In this document: positions 26,224 through 31,998 of the stretch, one piece after another
Layout: every line of letters begins with the position of its first letter
How positions within the stretch are numbered: position 1 is the stretch's first letter
DNA from: a virus
Taxonomy: Duplodnaviria > Heunggongvirae > Uroviricota > Caudoviricetes
Length of the DNA stretch: 31,998 nucleotides
Reading direction: 5' to 3' (one strand)
Virus record (IMG/VR): IMGVR_UViG_2724679538_000010
Coordinates: 1-31,998 of that record
Position numbers and translations under genes: made by a program
The notes under the pieces: generated by a model
Seen by the model: only the letters and a program-made list of their open reading frames with translations
Databases searched by the model: none
What the model was told of the DNA's origin: nothing

Positions 26224-28542
26224 TCAAATGGGTAACAAAAATCCCGGCCAATCATCAGCGACCTGATAAGTGAAAGGTTTCCCGTCATAATTTACGGTCG
26301 CGCCACGCGCCAGCGCCTCAAGCTCCCATCGTTGCGGCCTGATACCGTTCTGAGCGAGATCAACGCGGATACGGGTAATTTGCAATCGTTCCGACCGGGT
26401 CAGCCTGGCCGACGGTGCTATTTCATGTGGTTTTAACGGGCTTCCGTTTCTTTGCTGACGATTTGGTGTTTTCAGGCCGTGCTTTAATGCACCCCTGAGC
26501 GTCCTCACGACCTCCGGGTCATTCCATTCGATAACACCGTCATCAACCAGATTAAGCACTGCTGCGGCGTGCTCAGAAGGCGAGGGAGCCGGTAACGAAG
26601 TATTACCGCCGGTGAGCTTTCCACAGTTATTGACAGGACTCCGAGGCGCGGCGATGCCGCTTTTTAAAGTCAAAGGCTCAACGACCGGAACTTTCGGCAC
26701 AATGCGCCAGTCCGTCGTTCTGGTGATATGAATATGACGCGCGCCGAGATGCGGCGCGTAAATGCCGACCACTCTCTCGACTTCTTCCTCGTATTCGTTA
26801 ACGTCATCCGACGGGCTACGAGCGACCCTGACAGTCTGACAATCGCGCGGGACATTTGCCCCGCCCTGCGCGCTGATATACAGCGCAAAATCGCCACTGT
26901 CTGCGGCGGCGCGTGCAGCCTCCACGCGTTCGTCAAATTCATCAGCAATGCTGACGCCGCGAGGCAATTTACGTAGCTCACGGTAAGCTCCCATTGTCGG
27001 CAGGCCAACCGTTTTAAATTGCGGGATGCGCCACGTTGACGCCCATGCGGTAACAGCCGCCGCAGTATCTTTCAGCGGTCTGCCGGTATCGTTATCGAGC
27101 TGACCATCCAGTGCATAGCCGTCGATATTTTTTGAAATGTATTTCGCGATATATCCCGCAGCACCGCCCCGGTTAAGGTGTTTTGCCTGAAAACGGTTTC
27201 GCGCGGCTCCTCTTTCGTCGCCATCCTCTTTGAGCGCATAGCGACGCATGATTTCGATAATCTGGTTACGCTGGCGTGGATTACAAAAAAGCATCATATG
27301 CCAGTGCGGCGTTCCGTCGTGGTGTGGCTCGACGACTCGCAAACCGTAGACCTGTAAATCATTATCCTTGAATGCCGTGCGCATCAGGCTCCAGATACGA
27401 CAGAGATAACGCTGCGCATCCTTTGGATTAAATGCCTCATCATTCCAGCCGTGATTAAGCTGGACGGTTTTATTTTCGCCTTTTCCAACCTGACGTGTCG
27501 GGTGATACTTTGACGGCGCGGTAAGCGTGATAAACATCCCCACATCACCCTCTGATGCGGCGTAACGCTCAATACCGGCAATGGTGTTCATCAGCTCCAT
27601 CCGGCGAATTTCAGGATTAGAAATACTGCCCATCACCTTACTGATAAGGTCGATGCGCTCGCCGGTTTCCCTGTTTTCAAGGTCACACGATTTAAGAAAT
27701 TCCAGATTTGCCTGGCGGCGCGCACGCACATCACGAATGGCATGTTTACTGGCATAAGGTGAACGGTCTTTATTGACCTCCCCGACAGCAATCAGTAACG
27801 CCTCATGCCAGCGCATACGCTGGCCTTTAAGCTGACTAATCCACCACTCATCGTTAAACAGGCGGGCAATGGCAGAATATGCCTGCCTCGTGGTCATCTG
27901 TCCTTTACGGTATTTTTTCCAGTAGAGAGGGGAAATATTGAAAGCACGTGCAGCGCCAGCAACATGACCATACAGGTGAGCCTGCGCCTCATCCGTAAAC
28001 AGCGATTCTTTTTCGCCATGCGCATCCACCCAGGCATCGCAGAGTTCCTCATACATCATGAAAAGCTGCGATGAGATACGGGCGGCAAACTTTTTCAGCT
28101 CCTTGTCATTCATTCCTGGCAGGCGCGCATAGTGGTCACGCTCTGCCAGAAACAGCAACGACGCGTCGGTGTTCATTTCATGGCGCTGATTCACACGCTC
28201 AATACGCGGCCATAAACGACGCTGAAAAGTGGATGTGAGGAAATAAAACCCGTGTACCGGACTTTTATTGCTCCGGATGTAGTCATAGCGTGAAGTAAAC
28301 AGCGAGCGCAAAAAGTAAGGCAGGCGGTTAATCGTGGATAAAACACCTTGCACCTGACGCATCTCGTCACGTGTAAGAGGTCTTTCTCGCCCGACGGCCT
28401 CGCGTGGCGCGTTCCATGCATAAGCACCGGTAAACGTCTCACCGGTGCCTGCGGCAAATGCTGACGGAGGGACAAAACGCCCGGAGGCTTTAACGGCCAT
28501 ATGAGCCAAAAGCCTCTGAACAACGCTTGCTGAGTTGCTCAA
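26224..28542 (-). CDS. A: Replication initiation endonuclease A (rolling-circle initiator)
   Basis: 772-aa ORF; conserved HUH-type region (PHHDGTPHWHMMLF) and paired Tyr region typical of P2 gpA family. Confidence 0.9.
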   Translation of the reverse strand: MSNSASVVQRLLAHMAVKASGRFVPPSAFAAGTGETFTGAYAWNAPREAVGRERPLTRDEMRQVQGVLSTINRLPYFLRSLFTSRYDYIRSNKSPVHGFYFLTSTFQRRLWPRIERVNQRHEMNTDASLLFLAERDHYARLPGMNDKELKKFAARISSQLFMMYEELCDAWVDAHGEKESLFTDEAQAHLYGHVAGAARAFNISPLYWKKYRKGQMTTRQAYSAIARLFNDEWWISQLKGQRMRWHEALLIAVGEVNKDRSPYASKHAIRDVRARRQANLEFLKSCDLENRETGERIDLISKVMGSISNPEIRRMELMNTIAGIERYAASEGDVGMFITLTAPSKYHPTRQVGKGENKTVQLNHGWNDEAFNPKDAQRYLCRIWSLMRTAFKDNDLQVYGLRVVEPHHDGTPHWHMMLFCNPRQRNQIIEIMRRYALKEDGDERGAARNRFQAKHLNRGGAAGYIAKYISKNIDGYALDGQLDNDTGRPLKDTAAAVTAWASTWRIPQFKTVGLPTMGAYRELRKLPRGVSIADEFDERVEAARAAADSGDFALYISAQGGANVPRDCQTVRVARSPSDDVNEYEEEVERVVGIYAPHLGARHIHITRTTDWRIVPKVPVVEPLTLKSGIAAPRSPVNNCGKLTGGNTSLPAPSPSEHAAAVLNLVDDGVIEWNDPEVVRTLRGALKHGLKTPNRQQRNGSPLKPHEIAPSARLTRSERLQITRIRVDLAQNGIRPQRWELEALARGATVNYDGKPFTYQVADDWPGFLLPI

Positions 28543-28765
28543 CCTGCGCGTTTAAATCAGCAAAAGACTTTGCGCTTCCGGTCAGAATATCGTGATGCAT
28601 CAGGCCGGAAACGAGCTGGCTTAATTTCGGGTAATAACCAACCACCGCCAGCCATTCCTGACCGACGTTTTTACCGCTTTCCGCTCTCTTTTTCTCGTGG
28701 AGAATAAACTGAAAGCTGTCACTGGTAACGACATAACGTTCGCCAATTTCAATACGAATACTCAT
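28490..28765 (-). CDS. Hypothetical protein (P2 orf83-like position)
   Basis: 91-aa ORF in the conserved small-gene cluster between B and A; overlaps the A start. Confidence 0.55.
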   Translation of the reverse strand: MSIRIEIGERYVVTSDSFQFILHEKKRAESGKNVGQEWLAVVGYYPKLSQLVSGLMHHDILTGSAKSFADLNAQVEQLSKRCSEAFGSYGR

Positions 28766-28986
28766 GCCGTTCTCCGGTAATGTTTGTTTTTTGCTTCAAA
28801 GACTGACTGGCAGGAAACACAACGCGTGGCTGACGGATAAGCCGCACGACGGGCAGCAGGTATTGGCGCGTCACACTCTTCGCAAACCAGCGCAGAAGCA
28901 CCGCAATGTTTTACCCTTGCCGCGTTAATCTGGCGCTCCAGTAATTCAGCCTGTTGTTCCTGAATAAAATCTACGTTGTCCGGCAT
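28762..28986 (-). CDS. TraR/DksA-type C4 zinc-finger protein (P2 orf82-like)
   Basis: 74 aa with C-x2-C...C-x2-C (CEECDAPI ... CVSCQ) arrangement typical of the TraR/DksA family. Confidence 0.65.
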   Translation of the reverse strand: MPDNVDFIQEQQAELLERQINAARVKHCGASALVCEECDAPIPAARRAAYPSATRCVSCQSVFEAKNKHYRRTA

Positions 28987-28988
28987 TA

Positions 28989-29291
28989 TCAGCTCCTTTT
29001 ATCGTTAAGTTGCCTGGATACATCAGCGCAATAACTGGCAAGTTCTGTCGTTAATTTTGTCAGTTCATCCACTGAGGAAATTTGCTTGTGGAATACAGCG
29101 CGTTTAACAAGTAAATTGACCACATCAGACAAGAGGTTTAATTCATTCTGATAAATCGCGATAACAGATTCAGTTATGTCGCGTTTTTCTTTATCAAGAC
29201 AAAGTTGAATAAGAGACAAATCGCCATTTTTCATAACGGCGATTTTTAAGGCGTTATTCAGTAATACAACTGAATGAGAACAGGACATCAA
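28989..29291 (-). CDS. Hypothetical protein (P2 orf81-like position)
   Basis: 100-aa ORF in operon context, overlapping neighbouring start/stop codons. Confidence 0.5.
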   Translation of the reverse strand: MMSCSHSVVLLNNALKIAVMKNGDLSLIQLCLDKEKRDITESVIAIYQNELNLLSDVVNLLVKRAVFHKQISSVDELTKLTTELASYCADVSRQLNDKRS

Positions 29292-29512
29292 AGCACCTCC
29301 CCGCGAGACAATCCGATATTGTGAAATTTTTCCGACTCCTGACTGAGCAGCTCGACTATCTCCACGCGGGATAACTCCGCCTTTGTGATGTGGCGAATCA
29401 TGGCGTCAAGATGAGAAGAAAAGCGCGTCGCAGCGTCGGCATGTGCTTCGGTTCTGGCCTGTTGCAGCAGTAATGCGTATTTACCGCACTGATTTTCAGA
29501 AACTGTATGCAT
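29288..29512 (-). CDS. Hypothetical protein (P2 orf80-like position)
   Basis: 74-aa ORF in operon context. Confidence 0.5.
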   Translation of the reverse strand: MHTVSENQCGKYALLLQQARTEAHADAATRFSSHLDAMIRHITKAELSRVEIVELLSQESEKFHNIGLSRGEVL

Positions 29513-29575
29513 GACTTTCTCCAGGCAAAAAGAAGCCCCGCACGATTAAGTGCGTTAAAAACTCTGGTTAATTAC

Positions 29576-30076
29576 TTAATGCAGATATTGCTCTGGTTTT
29601 ACCGACGTCAGAATTGTCGGCGCATACTCAAACAGACTGAATAATTCACGTAACGCACGGAATAAAGCATCACGCCAGTAACATGACTCTTCATTAATTC
29701 GCCAGTATGGCTGGTTGAATTCTTTTTCAGTCAATCCCGCATGCATAAATAAAGTACGGCGCTGACTGACAGTTAAAAAGCTAATATATGCATACTCACT
29801 TGCACCGACCTGACGGCGTTTTGAGAATGCCCCACGCAGTTCATCAATTGCACAAACCAGCCGTTCACGTTCGACGTCGTTCATTTCTTCAAAACGCATC
29901 GTTGCGTGACGCTGTTTTAACTGCGCATGGAAGCAAACCGTTAGCCGTTCGCGTTCCATCATCTGATTATAATAATCGCATGTCTCCTGCCAGCGAGGGA
30001 CGGCCAGATGCTTACCAATTATCCGGCGCATAGCTGCTGGCTGTTTTTCAACGAGATTGAGCGTCATCACTGTCAT
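29576..30076 (-). CDS. B: Replication protein B (helicase-loader-like)
   Basis: 166-aa ORF; length and position match P2 B. Confidence 0.8.
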   Translation of the reverse strand: MTVMTLNLVEKQPAAMRRIIGKHLAVPRWQETCDYYNQMMERERLTVCFHAQLKQRHATMRFEEMNDVERERLVCAIDELRGAFSKRRQVGASEYAYISFLTVSQRRTLFMHAGLTEKEFNQPYWRINEESCYWRDALFRALRELFSLFEYAPTILTSVKPEQYLH

Positions 30077-30243
30077 TTCCAGACCCTCCGGCTTTTCAGA
30101 AAGGTCAGAGCCTTTTTTAACGGACTCTGTTTTTTGGTGCGGATAATGATTCCCTTGCGACCCTTCCCGTGGGTGATGGTGAAGTCAATCGCCCTGGGGC
30201 TTTCGTTACGCAGTAACTGAGCAATACAACGCGGCTCATTCAT
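30073..30243 (-). CDS. Small hypothetical protein (P2 orf78-like position)
   Basis: Start placed at internal Met (MNEPRCIAQLL...) with SD-like GGATGGGG upstream; the listed ORF begins 9 codons earlier. Confidence 0.45.
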   Translation of the reverse strand: MNEPRCIAQLLRNESPRAIDFTITHGKGRKGIIIRTKKQSPLKKALTFLKSRRVWK

Positions 30244-30245
30244 AA

Positions 30246-30518
30246 TCACAACCCCATCCACAAAAGCCATGCATCACGCTGTTCAACCGGTCGGTTATAA
30301 AACGCCTCACGTACAGCGCGATTAAACTCAGGAATGAAAACCCATTTTTCACCGGCACGAGCCTTCGGTTTGCAAGGATCACGCAATTCAATAATTGGTA
30401 ATTTATTTGCCTTCACCATTTCACTGACGGCTGTCTTTGGCTTCCCTAATAAATCAGCAAATTTATCCACATGAACCGCATCAAGCGGATACTGAATCAC
30501 ATAATTTTCAGCGTCCAT
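30246..30518 (-). CDS. cox: Cox excisionase/early repressor
   Basis: About 90 aa, first gene of the early operon opposite C; resembles P2 Cox (…GKLPIIELRDP…GEKWVFIPEFN…); start placed at the second Met, which has SD GAGGG, alternative start at 30533. Confidence 0.7.
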   Translation of the reverse strand: MDAENYVIQYPLDAVHVDKFADLLGKPKTAVSEMVKANKLPIIELRDPCKPKARAGEKWVFIPEFNRAVREAFYNRPVEQRDAWLLWMGL

Positions 30519-30597
30519 ATATGGTACCCTCATAGGATCCAGCCCTTTCTAAACCACTCAAAACCGTTTAGACGCTGGTTTATTCTCAAATCAATGG

Positions 30598-30644
30598 AAC
30601 CTATATAGGTTCCAGTTTTGAGGGAATTTAGTCCCTATATAGGC
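30598..30644. promoter_or_regulatory. Candidate immunity operator: two copies of the palindromic decamer cctatatagg (first within the 18-bp perfect palindrome ggaacctatataggttcc), 34 bp centre to centre, in the cox-C switch region
   Basis: Repeats read directly; lie in the 121-bp region between divergently encoded cox and C where face-to-face early and repressor promoters are expected. Confidence 0.45.
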
Positions 30645-30654
30645 ACCATGTCAA

Positions 30655-30948
30655 ATGAAATTAAGCGAAAAGATTAAGGCCTTGCGTGAGGCTGAAGGGC
30701 TAAGCCAATCAAAATTCTGTGAAATCATAGAGTTACCGCTAAGCACACTTAAAAAATATGAAGGAGGAAACTTTGAACCCGGTGGCACAGCTTTGCTAAA
30801 AATCACTATGCATCCCACATTCCAAAAATATGCTCTATGGCTTATGACAGATAAAACCGCGCCGGACGCAGGACAAATCGCACCGGCTCTCGCGCACATT
30901 GGGCCAGAGTCAACAGAGTCCAACCACTCCGCAAAAAGGATTGGCTAA
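30655..30948 (+). CDS. C: Immunity repressor C
   Basis: 97 aa; C-terminal half ...APDAGQIAPALAHIGPES... closely resembles P2 C; position between cox and int. Confidence 0.85.
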   Translation: MKLSEKIKALREAEGLSQSKFCEIIELPLSTLKKYEGGNFEPGGTALLKITMHPTFQKYALWLMTDKTAPDAGQIAPALAHIGPESTESNHSAKRIG

Positions 30949-31017
30949 CTCTATATAAAGATTACATTTTCACCATTTGCTACCAAGATGGTGAATACAG
31001 CGCCGGAGGGCTTTCTT

Positions 31018-31998
31018 ATGGCAATTAAGAAGCTCGATGATGGTCGCTATGAAGTGGACATTAGACCTCGCGGTCGCGACGGAAAACGCATCCGCAGGAA
31101 ATTCGAAAGAAAAGCTGAAGCACTAGCATTTGAGCGATACACAATCGCCAATGCCAGTCAGAAAGAATGGGGAGGCCAGCGAGCAGACCGCCGGACTTTG
31201 AGTGAGTTGCTGGACATCTGGTGGAAATATCACGGGCAAAACCACGAGCATGGAACAAAAGAGTTTAATCATCTACTCAAAACCATCAGCGGCATAGGTG
31301 ATATACCAGTGAGCAGGATGAGCAAAAGGGCTTTGATGGATTATCGTTCCATGCGACTACGTGATGGTATCAGTGCCGCAACGATAAACCGTGACATGTA
31401 CCGATTATCCGGCATGTTCACAAAATTAATTCAATTGGATGAATTTTCTGGGCAACACCCAATTCACGGACTGCCGCCACTGGCGGAGGCCAACCCTGAA
31501 ATGACGTTCCTGGAAAAAGCAGAAATCGAAAAACTGTTAAATGTTTTGGCTGGTGATGACTTACTTGTCGCGCTTTTATGTCTGAGCACTGGAGGAAGAT
31601 GGACGGAAGTTGCCACGCTAAAACCAGCACAGATTACAAATTGCAGGGTTACCTTCCTGAAAACCAAAAACGGTAAAAAGCGAACCGTGCCGATTTCTGA
31701 GGAACTGGAGAAAAAAGTTAAAGAGGAGGCCAGCGCCAAATTATTCAAAGTTGATTATGAGAAATTTTGCGGGATTTTACGCAGAGTGAAACCTGATATA
31801 CCACCCAATCAGGCAACCCACATCCTGCGGCATACATTCGCAAGCCATTTCATGATGAATGGGGGCAATATAATCGCACTGCAACAGATTCTGGGACATG
31901 CGAGCATTCAGCAGACGATGGCCTATGCGCACCTTGCGCCTGACTATCTGCAAAATGCCGTCGCTCTGAATCCACTAAAAGGCGGAGTGACGTTATAA
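31018..31998 (+). CDS. int: Tyrosine integrase
   Basis: N-terminus MAIKKLDDGRYEVDIRPRGRDGKRIRRKF matches P2 Int; C-terminal catalytic motifs (HILRHTFASHF, LGHASIQQTMAYAHL) present; SD GGAGG upstream; stop codon is the last triplet of the window. Confidence 0.9.
   Translation: MAIKKLDDGRYEVDIRPRGRDGKRIRRKFERKAEALAFERYTIANASQKEWGGQRADRRTLSELLDIWWKYHGQNHEHGTKEFNHLLKTISGIGDIPVSRMSKRALMDYRSMRLRDGISAATINRDMYRLSGMFTKLIQLDEFSGQHPIHGLPPLAEANPEMTFLEKAEIEKLLNVLAGDDLLVALLCLSTGGRWTEVATLKPAQITNCRVTFLKTKNGKKRTVPISEELEKKVKEEASAKLFKVDYEKFCGILRRVKPDIPPNQATHILRHTFASHFMMNGGNIIALQQILGHASIQQTMAYAHLAPDYLQNAVALNPLKGGVTL

Larger units (their letters stand above)
1..31998. mobile_element. P2-like (Peduovirus-type) prophage, nearly complete; window runs from ogr to int, attachment sites lie outside
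   Basis: Complete P2 late, lysis, packaging, replication and lysogeny gene set in canonical order with matching protein lengths; cos sequence present; two AT-rich cargo islands at known variable positions. Confidence 0.9.

Noticed and set aside
1-31998. tRNA/rRNA genes or the attachment-site core
   Set aside because: No stretch with recognisable tRNA cloverleaf features was found; the window starts at the ogr stop and ends at the int stop, so att cores and any flanking tRNA are outside it.

Overview
The window is almost the whole genome of an integrated P2-like (Peduovirus-type) temperate phage from an enterobacterium. Gene order is ogr-D-U-T-E/E'-FII-FI | accessory island 1 | G-H-I-J-W-V-S-R-lysC/B/A-K-Y-X-L-M-N-O <> P-Q-cos | accessory island 2 | A-orf83..orf80-B-orf78-cox <> C-int. 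Every backbone ORF is full length and syntenic with P2 as I recall it, including the T TTT TTG E/E' frameshift site and an exact match to the 19-nt P2 cos sequence, so the prophage looks intact. Two AT-rich cargo islands sit at the positions P2 uses for Z/fun (6652-8270) and tin/old (22673-26223). Island 1 carries one gene with an N-terminal HNH nuclease motif. Island 2 carries a 313-aa orphan protein and a convergent two-gene operon: an ImmA/IrrE-type HEXXH zinc metallopeptidase followed by a two-helix membrane protein, separated by a hairpin plus U7 tract that also occludes the membrane gene's ribosome-binding site. I regard that peptidase-membrane module, with no helix-turn-helix partner, as the best candidate for an undescribed phage-defence or abortive-infection system. 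All calls rest on reading the supplied ORF translations and sequence and on recalled family features; no database search was possible.
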